The notes under the pieces: model-generated
Seen by the model: only the letters and a program-made list of their open reading frames with translations
The model's database searches: none
Told to the model about the DNA's origin: nothing
Position numbers and translations under genes: made by a program
Shown: in pieces, positions 9,517 through 17,390 of the stretch
Numbering within the stretch: position 1 is the first letter of the stretch
Layout: every line of letters begins with the position of its first letter
From: an uncultured Deinococcales bacterium
GTDB taxonomy: Bacteria; Deinococcota; Deinococci; Deinococcales; JAAFIG01
Length of the DNA stretch: 18,256 bases
Reading direction: 5' to 3'
Assembly (NCBI GenBank): GCA_964244895.1
Contig: CAXTKV010000102.1
Coordinates: 1 to 18,256 of the forward strand

Positions 9517-9590
9517 GTCGTTTACAACGACATTCCGGCGATTGCGTTCCCGTCATGAATTCGTGACGCGATGTTCGGTACAACAGCGCG

Positions 9591-9888
9591 GTGAATGTCC
9601 GTTCCCCAATCTTAGAGCGCATCGTTACGGGCGCGTTGCTGACCGTGGCGGGCGGCGTCGGCCTGTGGGCGCTCAGGCCCGCACCCGCGCCCGTCGCGCC
9701 TCGCATTGAACAACCGCGCATCGTCGTGGCCATCAGCGGTCAGGTGGCGCACCCCGGCGTCTACGAGTTGCCGTTCGGATCGCGCGTGTTTGCGGCGATC
9801 AAGGCGGCGGGCGGTTTCAGCGATCGCGCCGACACCGACCTGGTTAACCCCGCCAAACACCTCGAGGACGGCGATCAGGTGCGCGTAC
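9591..9888 (+). pseudogene. comEA: 5' fragment of competence DNA receptor ComEA (N-terminal TM + SLBB domain), truncated by transposon insertion
   Basis: VVAISGQVAHPGVYELPFGSRVFAAIKAAGGFSDRADTDLVNPAKHLEDGDQVRV is the ComEA SLBB signature. The frame stops at an abrupt AT-rich junction where 'VP…' and the HhH domain should follow. Confidence 0.88.
9801..9835 (+). other. PAM (AAG) + protospacer for CRISPR spacer 3 (homing target)
   Basis: 9804-9835 GCGGCGGGCGGTTTCAGCGATCGCGCCGACAC vs spacer GCGGCAGGCGGCTTTAGCCCTCGGGCCGACAC = 26/32; AAG at 9801-9803. Confidence 0.9.
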
Positions 9889-10078
9889 TGTGAGGTATAA
9901 AACAAACGCAGAGTAGTTAAGATGTATATTCCAGTGAGTTTACAGTAAATCGCGTTTGCGTAAGTGGCGGATTCTCATCGCCGCGTCGCGGCCCATCTTA
10001 CTGCATCTTCGCTCCATTTTCACGCTTTTTCCAATCGTGGCTCATCAGCTCGCTGAGGCTCGAGGAGGAACCGTGGAA

Positions 10079-10785
10079 ATGACTGTCTCATACCGTTTCG
10101 CGACTGGCGAACCTTTGCTAGAGATGCCCATCTCTGAGCTCAAACAGGTCAAGCTCGCGAATCTGAATCCCATGCGTCGCGCGTGGACGACTCGTTACCA
10201 GGGACACACGCCTGGATTTTTTTCTGCCGCTCCTCAGGTCAACTCGTTTACTACGAGAGTTATCTCGAGCGTCGAGTATTGCTTGTCGAGGACTACCAGA
10301 CAAGGGCGAACTGGGTGATCGACCAACCGTTCCGTCTGCACTTCGAGGGTGGCACCCACGTTCCCGATTTTCTGATGGTCACGGTCGATGGACCCAAAGT
10401 GATCGATGTCCGAAGCCGTGCCTATTTGAATACCACACGCTTCATGGCTGATCGAATCGCGATGGCGGAGGCGATGAACCGAATCGGTTGGTCGTACGAG
10501 GTGCGGTCCGAACCCGATCCTCAGATGTTCGCCAATTTGAATTGGCTGAGCGGTTTCCGGCGACGCCCTCCGGACGTTGAACTGTTCGCTCCTCGAGTGA
10601 TCGACTGCTTGTCGAGTGGTCCGTTGAGTTTCGCACAACTGTTCCATCGGCTCGGAAACGAACTCTTTTCGAAACCCGTCGTCTTTCACCTCCTTTGGCA
10701 CCGGATTCTCGAGGTCGACGTCTACGCACCACTGACAGGCGAAACCCGCGTTGACCTGAGCAAGGTGAAAAGAGTTGAAGCGTGA
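10079..10785 (+). CDS. tnsA: TnsA-like transposase endonuclease subunit, split by a -1 frameshift at T7 (10217-10223)
   Basis: GAGGAGG RBS at 10062-10068. The first frame reads …NPMRRAWTTRYQGHTPGFF and the -1 frame continues FCRSSGQLVYYESYLERRVLL…QPFRLHF…HVPDFL…VIDVR…NLNWLSGFRR…VFHLLWHRIL, a TnsA-like PD-(D/E)xK pattern. Confidence 0.82.
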
Positions 10786-12890
10786 TGTGGAAGATCCAAC
10801 TGAAGGTCGGTGCCCGGTTTTTTGCCGATGGTCGAAAGCACACCGTCACCGCCATCCGCGACGGTTTGCTCCAGACCCGCGACAATCAGGGTGCAATCAC
10901 GCTGATCAATGTCACCGATTTTTTGAGCTTCCCGGATTTCAGGTCGCTGGACAAGGACTCGCCGACGGCATCGTGGCCCTTCACGATGGTCAGTGACGAG
11001 GCGCTCAAAAAGGCTCGAATCCTCGAACGGCACCTTCGAGAAGTCATCACCGGTTCTCCGAGTCCTTACGGCGATCCAGAGCCACTCCCTCCGAAGGACG
11101 CGTACGATCCTCAAACGACGACACTCACTCTTCGCGTGTCGCTTAAAGCGGCTGAACTCGGGCAGAGCGACTCCGCCATCTGGAAGTACAAGCGCCAATA
11201 CGAATCGCACGGTGTAATGGGTCTCGTCGATCAGCGCGAGGTTCGGTACGTCAAGGCATTCGAGCGGATCGATCCACGGATCAAGGACGCCACTGCCAAG
11301 GTGCTCGAAACCGCGAAATCTGAGTCGAAATTGACGAAGTTGATCTTGCGCGAGCGCATCAAACGACAGCTCAGCAAAGATCACCAGGAGAAGATCAAAC
11401 TCCCATCAGTGGCAACACTGAATCGGTACATCGACGCGATCGGCACACCGCTCGGTGTGTTCCAAACCGCCCAGCGACGCAAGTCTGAGCGCAACCGTCC
11501 GGAGCGACCGTTTGGGCGCTTTGAGGCCGATTGGCCGGGCCAGATCGTCATATACGACTCGACGCAGTTGAACCTGTTTGGTCTCGACCCGATCACGCTG
11601 AAATGGGTTCAAATTCAGCTCACCATCGCCCAAGATCTTTACAGCCGCTCCATCGTGGCGTGGCGGTTCACGCCGACCGTACCGAGCGTGGATGCGGCAC
11701 TCCTGCTGTTCGATGTCCTCAGCCCGAAGCGCGCGAAGCGCTCTTGGCACGAGTCGACTCGAGGTTTCTATTTCGGCGTCCCGGACGAGGTCGTGCTGGC
11801 CCTTCCGGACGATGAAGAAAAAGAAACCAGCGAGGAGAAGACAACCGACGATACAGCGCGCATCCCGATGGTTCATCCGGAAACGGTGTTAATAGATCAC
11901 GGGCGCATCTTCGTTAGCGAGGCGTTCAGGCAGGCGTGTCTGCGGTTGGGGATCAGTCTCCAATATGCACGCCGCCGCGCCCCGACGGACAAAGCGATCA
12001 TCGAGACCACGTTCGACTTTGTCAAGGAACACTTCTGCGCGCGCCTGCCCGGTTTCACAGGGGCCAACATCGCGGCTCGAGGCGTCAACGTTGAGAACAG
12101 AGCCGTTTATTTCATCGATGAGATCGAGGAACTGTTCGCGGAGTGGGTGGCGACTGAGTGGCAACAACGTGTTCACGAGGGGTTGTTCCTGCCGGGATCG
12201 CCCAAGCTCGATCTCAGCCCGAACGATGTTTACCGCGAAGGAATCGCGCGCGCGGGGTTCGTATACGTCGTGCCGGATGCCACTTTGTACTACGAGTTGC
12301 TTCCGAGCGAGTGGCGTGTTGTGGGGGACAACGGGGTGTCGGTCAATGGACTGTTTTACGATCACGTGCGGTTGAACGACTACCGTGGTGTGCCTTCGGA
12401 GTACGGTGGAAAAAACTGCGGGAAATATCCGGTGAAATACGATCAGCGCAATCTCGGCGAGATCTTCTTCTTTGACTATCGCGCTACACCGCCTCAATGG
12501 ATCGCGTTGCGCTGGCGGGGAGCGCGGTCTCAACCCATGCCGTTCAACGATCACGCCTTGGCCTTCGCGAAAAACTTGTGCATTGAGCGCCAACTCGACC
12601 CTCGACAACCTGCCGTGCTCGAGGGAGCGCTTCGGTTCCTGTTGGATCGTTGGGATCAGCAGCAGTTTGGGACAGAGAAAGAGAGGAGAGCGATGGTCAA
12701 ACGCGCTGCGAATTTGGCCGCCAATCTTCGTGATCGAACCCGTATGTCAGCAGAACTCCTCCCTCCCGACGAGCCAATCAACTTGGGATTGATCGCTGGC
12801 GAGTTGAACCCTGAAGAAATCCTGGCGTACATAGAAGCCGCGCGAAGTCAGCCGATGGGGGATGAACATGCCAGCATGTTTGATTTCTGA
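10785..12890 (+). CDS. tnsB: TnsB / Mu-type DDE transposase
   Basis: ~701 aa with N-terminal HTH-like segments, candidate DDE triad IYDST…LIDHG…KAIIET and a Mu-transposase-like C-terminal region. The start overlaps the tnsA stop (TGATG). Confidence 0.9.
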   Translation: MWKIQLKVGARFFADGRKHTVTAIRDGLLQTRDNQGAITLINVTDFLSFPDFRSLDKDSPTASWPFTMVSDEALKKARILERHLREVITGSPSPYGDPEPLPPKDAYDPQTTTLTLRVSLKAAELGQSDSAIWKYKRQYESHGVMGLVDQREVRYVKAFERIDPRIKDATAKVLETAKSESKLTKLILRERIKRQLSKDHQEKIKLPSVATLNRYIDAIGTPLGVFQTAQRRKSERNRPERPFGRFEADWPGQIVIYDSTQLNLFGLDPITLKWVQIQLTIAQDLYSRSIVAWRFTPTVPSVDAALLLFDVLSPKRAKRSWHESTRGFYFGVPDEVVLALPDDEEKETSEEKTTDDTARIPMVHPETVLIDHGRIFVSEAFRQACLRLGISLQYARRRAPTDKAIIETTFDFVKEHFCARLPGFTGANIAARGVNVENRAVYFIDEIEELFAEWVATEWQQRVHEGLFLPGSPKLDLSPNDVYREGIARAGFVYVVPDATLYYELLPSEWRVVGDNGVSVNGLFYDHVRLNDYRGVPSEYGGKNCGKYPVKYDQRNLGEIFFFDYRATPPQWIALRWRGARSQPMPFNDHALAFAKNLCIERQLDPRQPAVLEGALRFLLDRWDQQQFGTEKERRAMVKRAANLAANLRDRTRMSAELLPPDEPINLGLIAGELNPEEILAYIEAARSQPMGDEHASMFDF

Positions 12891-14103
12891 CGCTCAGGAT
12901 GACTCGTCCATCGAAGTCCTCAAGCTCGGAACCGCGCTCCCAGTGAAGCAAATCCACGACCGGAGAACGTGGGACGAACACGTGCGCTTCGAGATGATCG
13001 CGAAATCGCCCAGGGTGACCCTTGAGGAGTACAACGCCATGAGCGCACTGCAACAGCGTGAGTCCGATGCCCTGCGCCGACAGTACACAGGGAAACTCGC
13101 CCCCGTTTTCAGCGGTCGGTACAGTCGCGTGTACGACGAGATGTTTCGTATTGCGACCAGCAACATCGATCTCAGCAGTGGCGTTCGAATCGGAGCGGTT
13201 CTCACTGGTCCGCCAACGGTCGGGAAAACGACAACGATCGTTTGGTTTGGGCGTCGGTACGAGCGTCGCAGGCGCGCGATCCATCGTGCACAGTTCGGTA
13301 CGGACGAGTTTGTGCAGGGAGATCCGGAGTGGCTATTTACCCCGGTGATTTACGTTTCCCTCGATGGGACGCGAACCTTCAAAGCCCTGCTGCTAAACAT
13401 CGCCGCCTTCCTCAATATTCCGAAATACGACAAACTGGACGAACTCGGTTTGAAGTCGCAGATCGCCACGTACGCCAACAACTGCGGGGTCAGCCTGATC
13501 CTGATCGACGATATTCATTACCTCCGCACGCAGTTCGTCGGGGCGGAGCCATTAATCAACGACCTCAAGAAATGGATGGGCACGATACCCGCCACCTTCA
13601 TCTTTGCGGGTAACGATTGCGAGCAAATCGGATTCTTTCGCGAGTGGGCGAAAAGCAAGCCCAGTACGGCCTCGCAAACGAATCACCGGTTTGGAAAGAT
13701 CGAGTTACAGCCCTTTGCGATTGACCACTCCCAATCACGGGAACTCAACACGAAGGAACTCGGTGACGTCCTCCAAACGTACGATGACCTCTGCGTGCTG
13801 CTCAATCACCAGTCCGGCGATCTCGCCAAGCTGCTGATGTACATTATTGATCGCACGTCAGGCTACATGGGAGCCATCGTAACCTTGATCAAACACGGTG
13901 CAACTTTGGCGATCGCCAACCGAACAGAGCGATACTCGGAAGCGTTGCTCAATCAGATCTCGCTCGATAATGCTTCTGAGACGGCGCGACCGGACCGAAA
14001 AGCGGTGTCCGTCAACAAGACCAAGCAATCGAGGACTCCAAAGGATCGGAAGCGCAAAACGGCTCAAACCACTTCGCAGGATGGTGAGCCTCCTGCCCGC
14101 TGA
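12862..14103 (+). CDS. tnsC: TnsC/TniB AAA+ ATPase
   Basis: Walker A GPPTVGKT, Walker B LILIDDIH; lies between tnsB and tniQ and overlaps both. Confidence 0.88.
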   Translation: MNMPACLISDAQDDSSIEVLKLGTALPVKQIHDRRTWDEHVRFEMIAKSPRVTLEEYNAMSALQQRESDALRRQYTGKLAPVFSGRYSRVYDEMFRIATSNIDLSSGVRIGAVLTGPPTVGKTTTIVWFGRRYERRRRAIHRAQFGTDEFVQGDPEWLFTPVIYVSLDGTRTFKALLLNIAAFLNIPKYDKLDELGLKSQIATYANNCGVSLILIDDIHYLRTQFVGAEPLINDLKKWMGTIPATFIFAGNDCEQIGFFREWAKSKPSTASQTNHRFGKIELQPFAIDHSQSRELNTKELGDVLQTYDDLCVLLNHQSGDLAKLLMYIIDRTSGYMGAIVTLIKHGATLAIANRTERYSEALLNQISLDNASETARPDRKAVSVNKTKQSRTPKDRKRKTAQTTSQDGEPPAR

Positions 14104-15232
14104 TTCCTCCTACCGCCTTCCCCTGCGGGTAATCGTGCCCGTTGGTGTGCCCTTGTCTGTCGTGCTCGAGCAAACGGCGGGCGCCTTGGAACTGAGCGTT
14201 TCCGAATTGTTGGGTTGGATCGGCGTCCCACGAATACCCGATCCACCGAGCAGAATTGACGACCCGCCGTGGCTCAATCCAGCTCAACTCGCCAGGTTGG
14301 CGCAGATCACGGGCGTTCCTGAAAAGAGCATCACGAACGCGAACCTCTCCTTTTTTGATGCTGCGCTCGCGTCATCCAAGCGGCAAAGGGCAACAGTTTC
14401 TGCATCCCGTCGAACGCACGCCGCCATCATCGGTGCGCTGCGGGTGAGACACTCGACGCGTCTTTGCCCTCGGTGCCTCGCCGAGGGGCGTCAGAAGAGG
14501 TTGGCGTGGCGAACGGGCTGGCTGTTCGCTTGCACTCGGCATCGGGTGCTTCTCGTTGCGACCTGCCCGCGCTGCGGCCTTCCTTTCGATGCTCATTGTC
14601 GTCAATCACGGGTTCCAGATCTCAGACGTTGCGACAACCACCCGGCCAAGGGGGAGAAGTGCGAACAACTCCTGTCTGATATTCCGACGGTCAACATTGA
14701 TGGTTTTCCCGAACTGATTCGATCGCAAGGACGTCTCGAGGCGGCGTTGACGGGACGAACGCTACGGTTTGTCGGTCAGCGCACCACACCGGTCGAGTAC
14801 CTCTACGGCCTTAAAGAACTGGTTGATGTTCTCGAGGCCGTTGCGGTCGTTGGTGAGCTCGGCGAGCTTCCGCCCGAGGTATTGAACCGTTTCGAGGCTC
14901 AGGTTCGCTCTCGCGCAGTCCAGTGGCAGCGACGCAACGAACACACGCCCGATGGCCTATCACCCGCGCCCTTTTCGAGTGAAAGCGACATCGAACTGCT
15001 CTCGGCCGTGGTTTCAACAGCGCTCGAGATCGCTGACTCGAAAAGCTTGCAAGCGGCGGAAGATCGAATGATGTATTTGATCGAATCGTGCTGTGCGGTT
15101 GCCGCAGACGAACCGCGACGAATTCTGAACGCTATTACACGCCATGTACAGCGGCAGCGGCGACCACGGCTGTACGTGGCCTTTCGCGAGTTGTACGACC
15201 GGGTGCGTCATCGGTACAAACTCTACGAGTAG
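14081..15232 (+). CDS. tniQ: TniQ family target-selector protein (~383 aa)
   Basis: N-terminal LPLRV.. motif and TniQ zinc-binding pattern CPRC…W…WLFACTRH…CPRC…C…C. Start chosen at ATG 14081. Confidence 0.88.
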   Translation: MVSLLPADSSYRLPLRVIVPVGVPLSVVLEQTAGALELSVSELLGWIGVPRIPDPPSRIDDPPWLNPAQLARLAQITGVPEKSITNANLSFFDAALASSKRQRATVSASRRTHAAIIGALRVRHSTRLCPRCLAEGRQKRLAWRTGWLFACTRHRVLLVATCPRCGLPFDAHCRQSRVPDLRRCDNHPAKGEKCEQLLSDIPTVNIDGFPELIRSQGRLEAALTGRTLRFVGQRTTPVEYLYGLKELVDVLEAVAVVGELGELPPEVLNRFEAQVRSRAVQWQRRNEHTPDGLSPAPFSSESDIELLSAVVSTALEIADSKSLQAAEDRMMYLIESCCAVAADEPRRILNAITRHVQRQRRPRLYVAFRELYDRVRHRYKLYE

Positions 15233-15255
15233 ATGTCGGCGCTCCGGAGGTCAGC

Positions 15256-15840
15256 ATGCATGAGGTCAAGATTGTTCTCGACCGTCGCTCACGATTCGTT
15301 CGACGTTGCCTTGATCAACCGCACGTGTTCCATAAAGTCCTGGCAGGCATGAATCCTGAAAAAACCAGAATTCTCTGGAGGTTGGCGAAAGGCAACCTGA
15401 TCGTCCGATCTGTACGACCGCTTGATTGGAAAGATCTCGATGCTCGTGACCCCAGTTTCGGTCAGCGGAACCACGTGGCATTTGATCCCAACAAACCCGA
15501 GGGTACCGCATACTTTTGCAACGTGTTCGCCTACGCTCGTAAAAGGCCAGTGGTCGGACCGTGGCAACCCAAAAGCCCCGACGAGTACCTCGAGTGGTTC
15601 GAGTTGCAGGGAAACAGATATGGGTTCGACGTGCTCGAGAGCGCCATCATCCGCCAGGAGCCCTACCACGTTGAGACGAGTTCCATGCCGCTGACCGTGC
15701 TGCCAGTGGAGTTGATGGGAGCGATCCGCATCACGGACAGCGAGAAATTCCGCGCAGCCCTCGAAGAAGGGATAGGACGTTTGCGCGCGTTCGGATGTGG
15801 GCTGATGTTATTGCGACCAATCCAAGGTCTGCCATCGTGA
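15256..15840 (+). CDS. cas6e: Type I-E crRNA endoribonuclease Cas6e (Cse3/CasE)
   Basis: GGAGG RBS, N-terminal PHVFHKVL and ILWRL, G-rich loop GIGRLRAFGCGLM; 194 aa. Confidence 0.88.
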   Translation: MHEVKIVLDRRSRFVRRCLDQPHVFHKVLAGMNPEKTRILWRLAKGNLIVRSVRPLDWKDLDARDPSFGQRNHVAFDPNKPEGTAYFCNVFAYARKRPVVGPWQPKSPDEYLEWFELQGNRYGFDVLESAIIRQEPYHVETSSMPLTVLPVELMGAIRITDSEKFRAALEEGIGRLRAFGCGLMLLRPIQGLPS

Positions 15841-15886
15841 TCAGACATACGCCTGTAATTGGAGCTGAAACGTCGTCTTGATCAAG

Positions 15887-16098
15887 GTTTTTCCCACGCC
15901 TGTGGGGATCTGCCGGATCGAACTTTCGCCCTTTACGAATGACCTGAGTTTTTCCCACGCCTGTGGGGATCTGCCGGGTTCGCGCACCTATCAGGTCGTC
16001 GCTGAGGGGTTTTTCCCACGCCTGTGGGGATCTGCCAGCGGCAGGCGGCTTTAGCCCTCGGGCCGACACATTTTTCCCACACCTGTGGGGCTCTATTG
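15887..16098 (+). CRISPR. Type I-E mini-array: 4 repeats (29 nt, GTTTTTCCCACGCCTGTGGGGATCTGCCG) and 3 spacers (32 nt)
   Basis: Repeats start at 15887, 15948, 16009 and 16070 (61-nt period) with a CCCAC/GTGGG hairpin. Spacers are 15916-15947, 15977-16008 and 16038-16069. The last repeat is degenerate. Confidence 0.95.
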
Positions 16099-16209
16099 AG
16101 GTTTGAAGGTAGCAAACAAATCTGCGTCCCTATTTCCTCAATCATCGGGAGTGACTTTCGCCAACCTGAAAGAGGCTTGGAAATTGACCCGACGGAGGTG
16201 CTCGCACAC

Positions 16210-17382
16210 ATGAATCTCTTGAGCGATGCGTGGATTCCGACCAGTGCTGGCACGGCCAGGGTCACGGAACTTCTCGAGGCACCACGAAACCGCAACATCG
16301 TGCTATGCGGAATGCAGTACATTGCCGTTCTTCGTCTCTTGTTGGCCATTTGCTACGACGGTGGAGAAACCAGTCGGGGTCTCCTCAAAAATCGAGCTGT
16401 TCAAAAACGCACGCTTCGCCAACTGGAACCCTGTAGCTCGGCTTTCGATCTTTATCAAGGCTGCTGGACGTGCGCGGATTTGACTGGCAGTCCTGGCTCT
16501 CTCGCTCGCCTCGCGATGGGCGTACCGGCACGCAACAATCGGGTATTTCACGTCCATGCACGAGACGATCAACCCACCCCCCGATCCGAAGCAGCGGTTG
16601 CCTGCGATCTGCTGACATTCCAGCTCAGTGCACTGGACTTTGGGAACAGCGCCACCGGCCCGCGCCATCACAGTCCGTGCGCGACGGCGGCCCTCGGAAT
16701 CGCCATCGGAGGCGATCTGCTCGAGACCTTGGCCTTGAACCTGGTGCCGGATTCCGTGCCCCAAAAACCCAAGTGGAAGCGACAGCCGAATGTTCAGGTC
16801 GATTTTGTCAACCAAAACCATGCTCTCCCGTCGAGTCTGGCGGAGCGTTACACCTGGGTGGCGCAAGCGGTGCGGTTCGGAGACGGCGGTGTGGTGACCG
16901 CTCGCGGGTTCAAGCTTGACGCGACGGGCGATCCGATGACGGCCACCGTCGCCGTCAAAGAGGGGCGTGAGTTCGCCTCGAAGGCCATCCGATCCAGCGC
17001 GTGGTTGACGGGTTGCACATTACTCGGTCTGAATGCGCGGCCCGCCGCAACGTTGGAACACGCCCGGCGGCTCGGAATCGAGCACCGCGTTCGGGTGATC
17101 GCGCAGGTCAACGATCGGCGGTATCCTGCTGTGCTGGTCGAAACCATAGATCGGTCTTTCCCGAGCGCGTCGCTGGACACCTCGCTCGAACCGCAGGTCT
17201 GGAAGGTCCGCCGGGAGCTCGAACGCACCGTGGGTCAGGACGCATCATCGATCTTCTTGTCTTACCTCGACGATGTGGCGCACGAGGGATCCCAAGTTGA
17301 TCCCCGCGCGATTCTGAGGCGAACGCTCGAGGATCTCGGGGCACGAGCCCTGCTCCGCAAAGCCGAGGGGTGGCTCGCGTGA
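16210..17382 (+). CDS. cas8e: Type I-E large subunit Cas8e (Cse1/CasA), short (390 aa)
   Basis: GGAGGT RBS; Cse1-type start MNLLSDAWIP, AVLRLLLAI, GDLLETLALNL and RYTW. Confidence 0.82.
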   Translation: MNLLSDAWIPTSAGTARVTELLEAPRNRNIVLCGMQYIAVLRLLLAICYDGGETSRGLLKNRAVQKRTLRQLEPCSSAFDLYQGCWTCADLTGSPGSLARLAMGVPARNNRVFHVHARDDQPTPRSEAAVACDLLTFQLSALDFGNSATGPRHHSPCATAALGIAIGGDLLETLALNLVPDSVPQKPKWKRQPNVQVDFVNQNHALPSSLAERYTWVAQAVRFGDGGVVTARGFKLDATGDPMTATVAVKEGREFASKAIRSSAWLTGCTLLGLNARPAATLEHARRLGIEHRVRVIAQVNDRRYPAVLVETIDRSFPSASLDTSLEPQVWKVRRELERTVGQDASSIFLSYLDDVAHEGSQVDPRAILRRTLEDLGARALLRKAEGWLA

Positions 17383-17390
17383 GGTCAATT

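Noticed and set aside
9858..9889. Spacer 2 5' end (CGCGCACCT) matches the minus strand at the comEA junction
   Set aside because: Only a 9-nt exact core, and extension needs gaps; treated as chance.
15840..15870. Possible degenerate extra repeat before the array (ACGCCTGT…GGAGCTG)
   Set aside because: Off the 61-nt period and the hairpin is lost.
16131..16159. Possible fifth repeat remnant one period after repeat 4
   Set aside because: Only about half the positions match and there is no CCCAC/GTGGG stem.
16024..16209. ORF-track N-terminal extensions of cas8e (from 16024), and likewise of tniQ (13898), cas6e (15088) and tnsA (9956)
   Set aside because: They run through the array or neighbouring genes. 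RBS position and family N-terminal motifs support the later starts.
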